Positions 1-9,936 of a DNA stretch of 32,000 bases are shown in pieces; position 1 is the first letter of the stretch; the number at the start of each line of letters is the position of its first letter. A program made the translations under genes and the position numbers. The notes below the pieces were generated by a model. It had not been told where the DNA came from. It was given only the letters and a program-made list of their open reading frames with translations, and made no database searches. The stretch covers positions 1,980,001 to 2,012,000 of the forward strand of contig NZ_CP142525.1 of NCBI RefSeq assembly GCF_051097895.1, given 5' to 3'. This stretch comes from Psychrobacter sp. HD31. Lineage in GTDB: Bacteria; Pseudomonadota; Gammaproteobacteria; Pseudomonadales; Moraxellaceae.

Positions 1-131
1 AAACTATTAACTTGACTGTCTAATTTTTCGATACGGTTAAGGAAGTGCGTTGTTAACTCAACACTGCTAAATTGTTTGTTTGCTAACCCGTCTATAATTT
101 GTTGGGTTGATAACTGATGTAGTTCAGCCAT
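1..131 (-). CDS. gatA: Glutamyl-tRNA(Gln) amidotransferase subunit A, 5' end only (continues beyond window)
   Basis: Absent from the ORF track because there is no stop in the window. The reverse strand from ATG at 131..129 reads [44 protein letters not shown], a typical GatA N-terminus. It lies downstream of gatC on the same strand, as in gatCAB operons. Confidence 0.8.
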   Translation of the reverse strand, partial: MAELHQLSTQQIIDGLANKQFSSVELTTHFLNRIEKLDSQVNS

Positions 132-257
132 AATGAGGTTTCCGTTTTAATTATTTAATATGTTTAACATTTTGGATTGGACTTTTATGACTTAGTAAAC
201 GATTGATTGTGAGCTTACAATCAAGCTAGAACCAAAGTTATGTCCATTATTCTTAAT

Positions 258-566
258 TTATTCAATTACTTGAGGGACTAAAAATAAACCATCTTGTTTT
301 TCTGGGGCATTCGACTGGTTTAGTGTGCGGTCGATATCTGGGTTAGCAACGTCTGCACGTAAGGACTGACTTGCCTCATGGATGTTTGCTAACGGTTTTA
401 CGCCATCGGTATCAATAGCAGAGATGGTGTCCATCATGTCCAAAATTTTGCTGATATCTTGTGCATAATTGCTTGCAGTGTCTTCATTAACGGCAAGGCG
501 CGATAGCTTTGCCACGTTTAAAATGTCATCGGTGCTTATTCTGCTTGTGTTTGTTGCTTCGGTCAT
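258..566 (-). CDS. gatC: Asp/Glu-tRNA amidotransferase subunit C
   Basis: 102 aa. Size and sequence pattern (DDILNVAKLSRLAV...ILDMMDTISAIDTDGVKPL) fit GatC. It sits directly upstream of the gatA start on the same strand. Confidence 0.9.
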   Translation of the reverse strand: MTEATNTSRISTDDILNVAKLSRLAVNEDTASNYAQDISKILDMMDTISAIDTDGVKPLANIHEASQSLRADVANPDIDRTLNQSNAPEKQDGLFLVPQVIE

Positions 567-962
567 AATGACTCCATTTTTATGTGCAATTTTTTGTAGA
601 TTAACAATTAAATTTTAAGTTGTTCTATTATAAAGTATCTTGGCGTTATTTTCAGGTGTCTCGCTATAATTATAAAAATTGCTGTTTATCTAAATACTAG
701 TTTTTATGATAAAACCACATTTTATTTTGATGTTGATAAAAGTTTTGTACTCAAATGAGAGTTTTGTTGGGTAAAAATTATGTTTATGCGCTTATAGTTG
801 AGTGTTTTAACCCTGTTTGAAATCTTTATTTGCAAATAGATACATAAATTTATAAAAAAAACACATTTAGCTATGCTTTTTTGCAGACAAGGCGTTATAA
901 TCTAGCACTATTTATAAATTTAATTCACTTTCAAAAGTTTTTGTAATACGCTGGATACACAC

Positions 963-1997
963 ATGAATCTTTTTGGGTTTTTATCATCTAATATTTCTAT
1001 CGACCTTGGTACAGCAAATACGCTTATTTATATCCCTGGCAAGGGGGTTGTACTAAATGAGCCTACCGTTGTTGCACTACGTAGCAATCGCACACAAAAC
1101 CCAACTGTTGCGGCTGTGGGGGTCGACGCTAAGCAAATGTTGGGTCGTACGCCTGACAATATCACTGCCATTCGTCCATTAAAAGATGGCGTGATTGCAG
1201 ACTTTGAAGTCACCCAAAAAATGCTAAAACACTTTATTGATAAAGTAAAAGTACGACGTTTTCTAGCTCAGCCAAACGTGGTTGTGTGTGTGCCATGCAA
1301 ATCAACTTTAGTAGAACGTCGTGCGATTCGTGAAGCCGTAACTTCATCAGGTTCTAATAAAGTATTATTGCTTGAAGAGCCAATGGCTGCCGCATTAGGC
1401 GCAGGCTTGCCAGTACATGATGCCAGTGGTTCTATGGTTGTAGACATCGGCGGTGGTACAACAGAAATTGCCGTTATCGCATTATCAGGTTGTGTCTATG
1501 CAGATTCTATCCGCATTGGTGGTGATGTGTTTGATGAAGCAATTGTTACTCATGTGCGTCGTAACCATGGCTGTATTATTGGCGAAACTACTGCCGAACA
1601 TATTAAGCAAGAAGTTGGCACCGCTGTTTTAGAAGACGGTGATGAAAAACTAGAAGTTGAAGTACGTGGTCGTAGTATGGCCGAAGGTGTACCAAAATCA
1701 TTAACGGTTACCTCTGACGAAGTACAAAAAGCATTACAAGATGCCCTTAATGGTATCGTTGCTGCTGTTAAACAAGCATTAGAACAAACACCACCAGAAC
1801 TATCTTCAGATATTGCAGAGCGTGGTATTGTATTAACGGGTGGTGGTGCATTATTGCGTAATCTTGATAAGCTTCTTTCTAAAGAAACAGGGTTGCCAGT
1901 AGCGGTTGCAGAAGACCCATTAACTTGTGTTACCCGTGGTGGTGGTAAAGCACTCGAGTTTATTAACAACAAAAGTTTAAACATGATTTTTGTTTAA
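963..1997 (+). CDS. mreB: Rod shape-determining actin homolog MreB
   Basis: 344 aa with [20 protein letters not shown] and VLTGGGALL actin-fold motifs. Followed by mreC and mreD. Confidence 0.97.
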   Translation: MNLFGFLSSNISIDLGTANTLIYIPGKGVVLNEPTVVALRSNRTQNPTVAAVGVDAKQMLGRTPDNITAIRPLKDGVIADFEVTQKMLKHFIDKVKVRRFLAQPNVVVCVPCKSTLVERRAIREAVTSSGSNKVLLLEEPMAAALGAGLPVHDASGSMVVDIGGGTTEIAVIALSGCVYADSIRIGGDVFDEAIVTHVRRNHGCIIGETTAEHIKQEVGTAVLEDGDEKLEVEVRGRSMAEGVPKSLTVTSDEVQKALQDALNGIVAAVKQALEQTPPELSSDIAERGIVLTGGGALLRNLDKLLSKETGLPVAVAEDPLTCVTRGGGKALEFINNKSLNMIFV

Positions 1998-2048
1998 AAT
2001 CACTAACTGGCTACATTTTTAGTATTATGGGTTGGCTTGGTAACATAT

Positions 2049-2903
2049 ATGAGCGCTAGGTTATTTACACGTCGTCCATTGCTTTTGCGACTTACCGTAG
2101 GCCTATTGTTAGTCGCTATGGTACTGATTTGGGTAGACAGCAAAAATCCTGCATGGTTTGCTAAAGTGCGTTCTGCCACTCATGCCGCCATGCAGCCTAT
2201 TTATCAATTTTCTTTAATTCCAAACTTTGCTGCACATTGGACAAAAGGTACATTGCAAAGCAAAGAATCTTTACGTCGCGAGAATATGCGACTGCAAACT
2301 GAATTATTACATGCCCGTGTAAAACTACAAAAACAAGACTATGTGCTTGCTCAAAATGCCCGTTTACAAGGGATCATCAATACCACAAAACCAAAAAATT
2401 ATGAGTTAAAACTTGCTCAGGTGATTGGTACAGATACCGATTTATCAAAACAAACTGTTGTGCTAGATAAAGGTAGTGAAGAAGGTGTGCAGATTGGGCA
2501 AACGGTGGTGGATGAAAATGGCGTGTTAGGGCAAATAACCAATGTTTACCCAAATACCAGCCGTCTTTTATTTTTAAGTGATGCAGAACAAGCCATTGCC
2601 GTTATGATAAAAAGAACGGGACAAAAAGCAATTGTCAGTGGTACGGGGGATCCCAAGCAGCTCAGCTTAGATTTTATTTTTAAAATAGAAGACGATAACG
2701 TTATGGTGGGTGATGAGCTTATCTCTTCTGGCTTGGGTGAACGGTTTCCTAGCGGTTATAAGGTAGGAACAGTTGCTAAAATCACTGATGAACTTAAAAA
2801 CAATCACATTAAAATAGAGGTTCAGCCATCTGCTGACTTTATTGATAATGCTTATGTATTAATTTTGCAGGATGAAAATGCAACCAAGACTTCATTAAAA
2901 TAA
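2049..2903 (+). CDS. mreC: Rod shape-determining protein MreC
   Basis: N-terminal TM segment, coiled-coil stretch (LRRENMRLQTELLHARVKLQ), then a beta-rich domain; positioned after mreB. The ORF track begins at TTG 2037, but the in-frame ATG at 2049 (MSARLFTRRP...) aligns better with the remembered E. coli MreC N-terminus. The start is uncertain by 12 nt. Confidence 0.9.
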   Translation: MSARLFTRRPLLLRLTVGLLLVAMVLIWVDSKNPAWFAKVRSATHAAMQPIYQFSLIPNFAAHWTKGTLQSKESLRRENMRLQTELLHARVKLQKQDYVLAQNARLQGIINTTKPKNYELKLAQVIGTDTDLSKQTVVLDKGSEEGVQIGQTVVDENGVLGQITNVYPNTSRLLFLSDAEQAIAVMIKRTGQKAIVSGTGDPKQLSLDFIFKIEDDNVMVGDELISSGLGERFPSGYKVGTVAKITDELKNNHIKIEVQPSADFIDNAYVLILQDENATKTSLK

Positions 2904-3002
2904 TCTATTAGGTGATATATGAAGACTTCAACATCCCCGTAGTTTTTTAGGTCACTCACTATTAAGTTAAACTGTTAACACTGTCCAGCAAAAGACAAAC
3001 TC

Positions 3003-3479
3003 ATGGAAATCGTTTACGACAAACCTTATAAAATCTTTGGTATTATCCTCAGTTTTATTGTTGCTATCATACTAAATGTTTATCCGCTTAGTGTCGGCAT
3101 GGCGCCGTTGCGTCCTATGTTTATTATTATGGTGCTCATTTTTTGGTTAATCTTTCAGCCTCAGTTAATCGGGCTATTTTTTGCTTTTTTTATTGGTTTA
3201 ATTGCCGATATGCTTTTAGACACAACACTTGGGCAGCAGGCATTTTGTACCGTGTTAGTGGCGTTAGTTATACGTATTAGTAGCCTTTATATTCATCAAA
3301 TTAACCGAACAAATGCCTGGTTTTTGGCGTGTTTATGTTTGGTCACATATCAATGTAGTTTGTGGATAGTGCAATTATTCTCTCAAAATATTTTTATCTC
3401 TGATTCAGGAATATCTTTATTGATGAGCATGTTGAGTTGGCCAGTTGTGATGTGGCTGTTGGCGCGTTTTGTTAGATAG
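3003..3479 (+). CDS. mreD: Rod shape-determining protein MreD (polytopic membrane protein)
   Basis: 158 aa and very hydrophobic with several predicted TM segments. Size and position immediately after mreC fit MreD. The call rests on synteny rather than a motif. Confidence 0.8.
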   Translation: MEIVYDKPYKIFGIILSFIVAIILNVYPLSVGMAPLRPMFIIMVLIFWLIFQPQLIGLFFAFFIGLIADMLLDTTLGQQAFCTVLVALVIRISSLYIHQINRTNAWFLACLCLVTYQCSLWIVQLFSQNIFISDSGISLLMSMLSWPVVMWLLARFVR

Positions 3480-3500
3480 TTAAGTAAATAGATTTTTAAT

Positions 3501-4112
3501 ATGAATATCGTGTTAGCCTCAACGTCTCCAAGACGACATGAATTACTTAGTCGTTTAAATTTGCCGTTTAATGTAGTTTCGGTATCAGTAAAAGAAGGTA
3601 TCTTGCTTGGCGAGCAGCCTAAAGATTATATATTGCGTATGGTCACCACAAAGGCAAACGCAGTGATTGAAAGTTTGCCCAAAGAAAAGCTTTTACTTGA
3701 AAGCACGCTTGTTATTACCGCTGATACGATTGGTGTATTAACAAATAATGAAATTTTAACCAAACCAGCATCAAAACAGAATGCGTTTGAAATGTGGCAA
3801 AAAATGGCAGGCACACATCACTTTGTGTGGACTGCGGCTCAAGCGACGTTGATAGATCAGACAGCTAAAGTAGTATGGTCTAAGCAAATTATAGAAACCA
3901 CGCGTGTGTATTTCACTCAGCTAACAGAACAAGAAATGCATGCCTATTGGGAAACCGGCGAGCCGTGTGATAAAGCAGGGGGCTATGCGATACAAGGTTT
4001 GGCAGCAGCTTGGGTTGACCGGATAGAAGGCAGTTATACCAATGTGGTTGGCTTGCCACTAGCACAAACCAAGGCTTTAATAGAACAAGCGCATAAAAAG
4101 GTAACCTATTAA
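3501..4112 (+). CDS. maf: Maf/YhdE-family nucleoside triphosphate pyrophosphatase
   Basis: 203 aa with an N-terminal VLASTSPRRHELL and a C-terminal KAGGYAIQG motif typical of Maf. The mreBCD-maf-rng order matches E. coli. Confidence 0.88.
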   Translation: MNIVLASTSPRRHELLSRLNLPFNVVSVSVKEGILLGEQPKDYILRMVTTKANAVIESLPKEKLLLESTLVITADTIGVLTNNEILTKPASKQNAFEMWQKMAGTHHFVWTAAQATLIDQTAKVVWSKQIIETTRVYFTQLTEQEMHAYWETGEPCDKAGGYAIQGLAAAWVDRIEGSYTNVVGLPLAQTKALIEQAHKKVTY

Positions 4113-4154
4113 AAACTTAATTTGTTGTTATCCACCTTATTGGCATCATTTGAG

Positions 4155-4190
4155 AGCATTGCTTGGTTTTTTAGCAATGCTTTTTTATTT
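4155..4190 (+). terminator. Rho-independent terminator after maf
   Basis: AGCATTGCT (4155-4163) pairs with AGCAATGCT (4173-4181) around a 9-nt loop, followed by TTTTTTATTT. Confidence 0.6.
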
Positions 4191-4287
4191 CTGATACGCA
4201 ACTTTATAGTTCATTCATAACAGTTTCATTAATGCTATAATTTGTGGCAATTAAAAAATATTGTATAAATTATAAAGAAGAGAAGTT

Positions 4288-6186
4288 ATGTCAGAAGAAC
4301 TATTAATTAATGTTAGCCCTATGGAATCACGCGTGGCTATCATGAACGATGGCGTGTTGAGTGAAATTTATATTGAGCGTCATAACAAGATGGGTTTGGT
4401 TGGTAACATCTATTTAGGCACGGTGGTACGTGTTTTGCCGGGTATGCAAGCCGCATTTATTGATATTGGGCAATCAAGAACAGCCTTTTTGCACGTCAAT
4501 GATATGCAAAAAATTAATCGCCCAGCTATGAATGAACTCAGTACGATACAACAGTCTAATAAGCCGGCACCCGCAATCGAGCTTTCTACTCCTCAAGTGC
4601 CCCTGTCTGACACTCAAACAAATGACAATGGATTAGGTCAAATAAAAAGTATTAAACAAGCATTTGTTAATCAGCAAACCAACGCATTTTCTCAAACAGC
4701 TAAACCAACGGAAGCTAAACCAACGGATATAAGCAGCACTGACAAAACACTTGAAGAAGAGGTGCAAGATAATGATTTGTCGGTACAACCAAACAATCTT
4801 GAAAATGGGGTAGCTGAGGCCAGTCAACCAATTAATCTTGTTAACCCAAACAATTTGACGATTGTGGATAAACCAATTCGCTCATTAGCAACCGTACGTG
4901 AGTCATTAACACCAGAAGATAAAAAGCCAAAGCCAGTACGCCAGCCAGAGCCAACACCAAGTCATGAGCTCATTCAAAATAGACTGCATGAAGGGCAACG
5001 CATTTTAGTTCAGGTAACTAAAGACCAACTCGGTACAAAAGGGGCAAGGCTAACGACAAATATTTCTTTGCCTTCACGTTATTTGGTATATTTGCCATCA
5101 AGTGACCATATTGGCATATCACAGCGAATTGAAAACGAAGAAGAGCGCACGCGTTTAAAAACAGAGCTAAGCGAAATTATGCAAGCCGTCGACTTATCGG
5201 GTGGTTTAATTGCCCGTACGGCTGCCGAGCATATACAAAAAAACAAATTAGAAGAAGATATTTATTATCTAGTACAGCTATGGCGTACGATTCAAGCACG
5301 CCAAAAAGAGGCAAATGCCAGTCAGCTTTCAGTATTGATTTATCAAGAACTATCATTACCACTGCGAGCCATCCGAGATTTAGTGCACGAGCAAACAGAG
5401 AGAGTTGTGATAGATGACGCTTATATGTATGACTATTTAAGACAGTTTGCTAAAGAATTTGTACCAATGATTTATCCACGCATTGTGCCACATACATCAG
5501 AATTGGCACTTTTTGATATTCATCGAGTAGAAGAAGATTTAAAAGATGCGTTAAAACGAAGAGTAGACTTAAAATCTGGTGGTTATTTGATTATCGACCA
5601 AACTGAGGCGATGACAACCATAGATGTTAATACAGGGTCGTATGTTGGTGGACGCTCATTAGAAGATACCGTTTATAAAACCAACCTTGAAGCAACCTAT
5701 AGCATCGCAAGACAGCTAAGATTGCGTAATTTAGGTGGTATTATCATCCTTGACTTTATTGATATGCAAGAGCAAGAGCATAGAGATGATGTCCTTAGTA
5801 GCTTGCAAATGCAGCTAGCACAAGACTACGCAAAAACAAACATTACTCAAGTGAGTGAGCTTGGTTTGGTAGAAATGACTCGCAAACGCACAAGAGAGTC
5901 ACTGGAGCAACAACTGTGTGAGCCATGCCCAACTTGTGAAGGTAAAGGATTTATTAAAACGGCAGAAACGGTTTGTTTTGAAATTTTTAGAGAGATTGTA
6001 CGTTGTGCAAGAACCTATAATGCGCCAAAACAGTTTACTGTTGTTGCGCATGCTTCAGTGATTGATTTGCTATTAACCACAGAAGCAGACACAGTTGCCG
6101 ACTTAGAATATTTGGTTGGGCGTGTGATTACTTTTGAAGTAGAAAGGCTATACACCCAAGAGCAATATGATATTGTGTTAGACTAG
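4288..6186 (+). CDS. rng: Ribonuclease G (RNase E/G family) with a large internal low-complexity insertion
   Basis: 632 aa. The N-terminal S1 region (LLINVSPMESRVA...GNIYLGTVVRVLPGMQAAFIDIG), the catalytic core (GTKGARLTTNISLPSRYLVYLP, IIDQTEAMTTIDVNTG) and the C-terminus (CPTCEGKGFIKTAETVCFEIFREIVR ... YTQEQYDIVLD) parallel E. coli RNase G end to end. There is no RNase E-type C-terminal scaffold. Located after maf. Confidence 0.92.
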   Translation: MSEELLINVSPMESRVAIMNDGVLSEIYIERHNKMGLVGNIYLGTVVRVLPGMQAAFIDIGQSRTAFLHVNDMQKINRPAMNELSTIQQSNKPAPAIELSTPQVPLSDTQTNDNGLGQIKSIKQAFVNQQTNAFSQTAKPTEAKPTDISSTDKTLEEEVQDNDLSVQPNNLENGVAEASQPINLVNPNNLTIVDKPIRSLATVRESLTPEDKKPKPVRQPEPTPSHELIQNRLHEGQRILVQVTKDQLGTKGARLTTNISLPSRYLVYLPSSDHIGISQRIENEEERTRLKTELSEIMQAVDLSGGLIARTAAEHIQKNKLEEDIYYLVQLWRTIQARQKEANASQLSVLIYQELSLPLRAIRDLVHEQTERVVIDDAYMYDYLRQFAKEFVPMIYPRIVPHTSELALFDIHRVEEDLKDALKRRVDLKSGGYLIIDQTEAMTTIDVNTGSYVGGRSLEDTVYKTNLEATYSIARQLRLRNLGGIIILDFIDMQEQEHRDDVLSSLQMQLAQDYAKTNITQVSELGLVEMTRKRTRESLEQQLCEPCPTCEGKGFIKTAETVCFEIFREIVRCARTYNAPKQFTVVAHASVIDLLLTTEADTVADLEYLVGRVITFEVERLYTQEQYDIVLD

Positions 6187-6194
6187 ATTTAAGT

Positions 6195-6235
6195 ATAACA
6201 GAATAACTAGGTTATTCTGTTATGCCTTTGATTCT
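6195..6235 (+). terminator. Terminator-like hairpin after rng
   Basis: Perfect 13-bp stem: ATAACAGAATAAC (6195-6207) with GTTATTCTGTTAT (6211-6223) and a 3-nt loop. The downstream tract GCCTTTGATTCTTT is only moderately T-rich. Confidence 0.45.
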
Positions 6236-6271
6236 TTAAGGTATTGAAGGGAAAATAGTTAAAATAAACCC

Positions 6272-6299
6272 TTGTAATCACAAAAAAAATCTGTATAAT
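6272..6299 (+). promoter_or_regulatory. Candidate sigma70 promoter of the S10 operon
   Basis: TTGTAA (6272-6277), 16-nt spacer, TATAAT (6294-6299). An A/T-rich UP-like tract lies upstream (6251-6268). About 237 nt upstream of rpsJ. Confidence 0.45.
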
Positions 6300-6536
6300 A
6301 CATCGCACTAATTGATTAAGCGGCTACAACAACGTATGTAAATACAGTAACCGCGACAGCCAGAGCATAGATTCTGGCGCTAATTACTTCCTATGTCTTA
6401 CTGCTTTCCTTCTAATATTGGAAGAGCTGTTAGGGCATTAAACTTTTTTTACTTTGATGCTTAATATTATCAGTCATTAGCTAATTATTGATAATGTTTA
6501 AGTTAGTAAAAGTTAATATTTTAGGAGCTTGCTGGC

Positions 6537-6848
6537 ATGGCTAACCAGAGAATCCGTATCCGACTAAAATCATTTGATCATCGATTAATTGATCAGTCGG
6601 CACAAGAGATTGTCGATACTGCAAAGCGTACTGGTGCACAAGTTTGTGGCCCAGTTCCACTTCCGACTCGTATCGAGCGTTTCAACATTCTTACCTCGCC
6701 ACACGTCAATAAAGATGCTCGTGACCAATACGAAATCCGTACTCACAAGCGTATGGTTGACATTGTGCAACCAACTGATAAAACAGTAGATGCATTGATG
6801 AAGTTGGACTTGGCTGCGGGTGTTGACGTGCAAATTGCACTGAGTTAA
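6537..6848 (+). CDS. rpsJ: 30S ribosomal protein S10
   Basis: 103 aa. [24 protein letters not shown]...[14 protein letters not shown] is the S10 signature. AGGAG SD upstream; first gene of the S10 cluster. Confidence 0.99.
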   Translation: MANQRIRIRLKSFDHRLIDQSAQEIVDTAKRTGAQVCGPVPLPTRIERFNILTSPHVNKDARDQYEIRTHKRMVDIVQPTDKTVDALMKLDLAAGVDVQIALS

Positions 6849-6896
6849 TTAACTATTAACTCAAACCATTAAAGACATTAAATAAAGAGGTTTAAC

Positions 6897-7535
6897 ATGG
6901 CAATCGGTTTAGTCGGTAAAAAATGCGGCATGACCCGTGTGTTCACAGAAGCAGGGGTTTCAATTCCTGTAACTGTGGTAGAGGTCACTGCAAACCGCAT
7001 TACTCAAGTCAAAACAGATGAAACAGATGGCTACACAGCTATCCAAGTAACAACAGGCGAGCGTCGTGAAAGCCGAGTTGCTGCAGCACAGAAAGGTCAC
7101 TTTGCAAAAGCAGGTGTGGCAGCTGGTCGCGGTAGCTGGGAATTCAGAGCAGACGAAGCAGAGCTTGAAGGTCGCGAAATTGGCGCTGACATCCTTGCTG
7201 ACTTATTTGAAGAAGGTCAGTTGGTTGATGTAACAGGTCAAAGTAAAGGTAAAGGCTTTCAAGGTGGTATTAAACGCCACAACTTTGCAGCTCAAGATGC
7301 AACCCACGGTAACTCTATCTCACACCGTGTACTAGGTTCTACTGGTCAAAACCAAACACCTGGTCGCGTATTTAAAGGCAAAAAAATGCCTGGTCAGATG
7401 GGTAACAAACGTGTGACAGTTCAGGGTCTAGAAGTTATATCAGTAGATGCTGAAAAAGGTGTACTAGTTATCAAAGGCGCTATTCCAGGTGCTAATGGTG
7501 GTAACGTAATCGTACGTCCGTCAGTCAAAGCCTAA
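6897..7535 (+). CDS. rplC: 50S ribosomal protein L3
   Basis: 212 aa; [18 protein letters not shown]... is the L3 N-terminus. Operon position after rpsJ. Confidence 0.99.
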   Translation: MAIGLVGKKCGMTRVFTEAGVSIPVTVVEVTANRITQVKTDETDGYTAIQVTTGERRESRVAAAQKGHFAKAGVAAGRGSWEFRADEAELEGREIGADILADLFEEGQLVDVTGQSKGKGFQGGIKRHNFAAQDATHGNSISHRVLGSTGQNQTPGRVFKGKKMPGQMGNKRVTVQGLEVISVDAEKGVLVIKGAIPGANGGNVIVRPSVKA

Positions 7536-7549
7536 GCAAGGGGATTAAC

Positions 7550-8152
7550 GTGAATTTAAAAACAGTTACAGGTGCGGCGGTTGAGCTTTCAGACACGGCA
7601 TTTGGTCGTGAATTCAACGAAGCGTTAGTACACCAGGTGGTTACTGCATATCTTGCAGGTGGTCGCCAGGGTACACGTGCACAAAAAACCCGTGCTGAAG
7701 TTTCTGGCGGTGGCATTAAGCCATGGCGTCAAAAAGGCACTGGTCGAGCACGTGCAGGTTCTATCCGCAGTCCAATTTGGAGAAGTGGTGGTCGTGCATT
7801 TGCAGCAAAACCACAAGATTGGTCTCAAAAGGTCAACAAAAAAATGTACCGCGGTGCAATGCAATGTATTTTAGCCGAATTAGTACGTCAAGAGCGTTTA
7901 ATTTTGGTTGATGACATTTCAGTTTCTGCACCTAAGACAAAAGAATTAGTTGCTAAGCTTGCCGAGTTAAACGCTCCAAAAGCATTAATCGTAACTAATG
8001 AACTAGATGAAAACCTATATTTAGCAGCTCGCAACATTCCGCATGTGAATGCTCTAAGCGCTGCTGAGGTAGATCCAGTTAGCTTGATTGCTTTTGACAA
8101 GGTTATCATGTCAGTAGAAGCAGCGAAGCAATTTGAGGAGTCATTAGCATGA
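7550..8152 (+). CDS. rplD: 50S ribosomal protein L4 (GTG start)
   Basis: 200 aa. [46 protein letters not shown] matches L4. GTG at 7550 has an AAGGGGA SD about 7 nt upstream. Confidence 0.98.
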   Translation: MNLKTVTGAAVELSDTAFGREFNEALVHQVVTAYLAGGRQGTRAQKTRAEVSGGGIKPWRQKGTGRARAGSIRSPIWRSGGRAFAAKPQDWSQKVNKKMYRGAMQCILAELVRQERLILVDDISVSAPKTKELVAKLAELNAPKALIVTNELDENLYLAARNIPHVNALSAAEVDPVSLIAFDKVIMSVEAAKQFEESLA

Positions 8153-8472
8153 ATAACGCAAGACTTTATCAGGTCTTAAGAGGGCCTGTGTTCTCAGAAA
8201 AATCTCAGCTTCTAGGTGACCAGCTTGGTGTTCAGGTATTTAAAGTAGATACCACAGCAACTAAGCGTGAAATCAAGCAGGCAGTTGAGTTAATGTTTGA
8301 AGGTGTTGAAGTTACTAAAGTGAACACCTTAAATGTTAAAGGTAAGACAAAGCGTTTTGGTCGTACTCTTGGTCGTCGTAATGACACTAAAAAAGCGTAC
8401 GTTACCCTAAAGGCTGGTCAAGATGTACAAATGGCTGACGTAGCAGAAGATGCTGCCGCCGATAACGAATAA
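8149..8472 (+). CDS. rplW: 50S ribosomal protein L23
   Basis: 107 aa. The ATGA overlap with the rplD stop and the operon position fit L23, as do [10 protein letters not shown] and KKAYVTLK. Confidence 0.97.
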   Translation: MNNARLYQVLRGPVFSEKSQLLGDQLGVQVFKVDTTATKREIKQAVELMFEGVEVTKVNTLNVKGKTKRFGRTLGRRNDTKKAYVTLKAGQDVQMADVAEDAAADNE

Positions 8473-8483
8473 GGATAAATATC

Positions 8484-9311
8484 ATGCCTATCGTAAAAGC
8501 TAAGCCTACATCACCAGGTCGCCGTTTTGTTGAAAAAGTGGTGCATCCACACCTTTACAAAGGTCGTCCATATGCTCCACTTGTTGAATCAAAAGGCAAG
8601 TCTGGTGGTCGTAACAACAACGGACGTATCACAACACGTCACATCGGTGGTGGTCATAAGCAACACTATCGTGTTATCGATTTTAAACGTACTAAAGATG
8701 GTATTCCAGCGACAGTAGAACGCATTGAATATGATCCAAACCGTACTGCGCACATTGCTCTGCTTAAATATGCAGATGGTGAGCGTCGCTATATCATCGC
8801 ACCTAAAAAATTAAGTGTTGGTGATAAAGTACAGTCAGGTGAAGGTTCTCCAATCCGTCCAGGTAACTGCTTACCACTGAAAAACATTCCAGTTGGTACA
8901 GTTGTGCATAACATTGAACTTAAAATTGGCAAGGGTGCACAAGTCGCACGCTCTGCTGGTGCAGCAGTTCAACTGTTAGGTCGTGATGGTATTTACGCTA
9001 TTTTGCGTCTTCGCTCTGGTGAAACTCGCCGTGTTCACGTAAATTGTCGTGCAGTTATCGGTGAAGTATCTAATACAGAACATAACCTAAGATCACTTGG
9101 TAAAGCAGGTGCATCTCGTTGGCGTGGTGTTCGTCCTACCGTTCGCGGTACTGCGATGAACCCGATTGATCACCCACACGGTGGTGGTGAAGGTCGTAAC
9201 TTCGGTAAACACCCAACAAGCCCATGGGGTCAGAAAGCTAAGGGTCTTAAGACTCGTAAGAATAAGCGTACTGACAAAATGATCATTCGTCGCCGTCGTG
9301 CCAAGAAATAA
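8484..9311 (+). CDS. rplB: 50S ribosomal protein L2
   Basis: 275 aa. KPTSPGRRF...GGGHKQHYR...[13 protein letters not shown] is the L2 signature. Confidence 0.99.
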   Translation: MPIVKAKPTSPGRRFVEKVVHPHLYKGRPYAPLVESKGKSGGRNNNGRITTRHIGGGHKQHYRVIDFKRTKDGIPATVERIEYDPNRTAHIALLKYADGERRYIIAPKKLSVGDKVQSGEGSPIRPGNCLPLKNIPVGTVVHNIELKIGKGAQVARSAGAAVQLLGRDGIYAILRLRSGETRRVHVNCRAVIGEVSNTEHNLRSLGKAGASRWRGVRPTVRGTAMNPIDHPHGGGEGRNFGKHPTSPWGQKAKGLKTRKNKRTDKMIIRRRRAKK

Positions 9312-9322
9312 GGAATAATTTC

Positions 9323-9595
9323 ATGCCTCGTTCATTGAAAAAAGGTCCATTCATCGATGCACATTTATATGCGAAAGTTGAAAATGCGTTAGATACTAAC
9401 TCACGCAAACCAATTAAAACTTGGTCTCGTCGCTCGATGATTTTACCGCAAATGGTCGGCTTAACCATTTCTGTTCATAATGGTCGTACTCATGTACCTA
9501 TTATCATTAACGAACAAATGGTTGGTCATAAATTAGGTGAATTTGCCCCAACCCGTACTTATCGCGGTCACGGCATTGACAAAAAAGCTAAATAG
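9323..9595 (+). CDS. rpsS: 30S ribosomal protein S19
   Basis: 90 aa. [12 protein letters not shown]...VHNGR.H.PI...[14 protein letters not shown] is the S19 signature. Confidence 0.99.
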   Translation: MPRSLKKGPFIDAHLYAKVENALDTNSRKPIKTWSRRSMILPQMVGLTISVHNGRTHVPIIINEQMVGHKLGEFAPTRTYRGHGIDKKAK

Positions 9596-9604
9596 GTGCT
9601 CACT

Positions 9605-9934
9605 ATGGAAGTAACTGCAAAACTACGCGGTGCCGCCATTTCGGCACAAAAAGTTAGACTTGTCGCTGACGAAGTTCGTGGCAAATCAGTAGAACGTGCT
9701 TTAGACATCTTAACTTTTAGCAACCAAAAAGGTGCTAAGTTTGTTAAGAAATGCCTAGATTCAGCAATTGCAAATGCTGAGCACAACAATGGTTTGGATA
9801 TTGATAATTTAAAAGTATCTACTATCTATGTTGATGAAGGTATTACTTTAAAGCGTATCTTACCACGTGCAAAAGGTCGTGCTGACCGTATCAGCAAGCG
9901 TACCTGTCACATTACTGTTAAGGTAGGAGAATAA
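9605..9934 (+). CDS. rplV: 50S ribosomal protein L22
   Basis: The ORF track starts at GTG 9596. ATG 9605 ([27 protein letters not shown]...) matches the E. coli L22 N-terminus ([27 protein letters not shown]) and its length. Confidence 0.97.
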   Translation: MEVTAKLRGAAISAQKVRLVADEVRGKSVERALDILTFSNQKGAKFVKKCLDSAIANAEHNNGLDIDNLKVSTIYVDEGITLKRILPRAKGRADRISKRTCHITVKVGE

Positions 9935-9936
9935 TC

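Noticed and set aside
706-774. 22-codon ORF (MIKPHFILMLIKVLYSNESFVG) in the gatC-mreB intergenic region
   Set aside because: It has no SD, lies in AT-rich sequence where short ORFs arise by chance, and resembles nothing I know.
827-838. 12-bp perfect palindrome TATTTGCAAATA upstream of mreB, as a possible operator
   Set aside because: An AT-rich palindrome of this length is plausible by chance in a 396-bp AT-rich intergenic region. It lies about 60 bp upstream of the best -10 candidate (TATAAT at 896-901), and nothing else supports a function.
2904-3002. 99-nt mreC-mreD gap with a 7-codon ATG ORF (2919-2942)
   Set aside because: It is too short and featureless, and no hairpin or promoter motif is evident. 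It is probably just a spacer.
6300-6536. Possible tRNA or other small RNA gene in the rng-rpsJ gap, and in the other long intergenic regions (567-962, 23032-23273, 28182-28409, 31483-31758)
   Set aside because: I found no cloverleaf-compatible arm arrangement or conserved tRNA boxes (GTTCGAATC-type T-loop) by eye. The dyads present are better explained as leader or terminator structures. tRNAscan or cmscan would be needed to exclude these formally.
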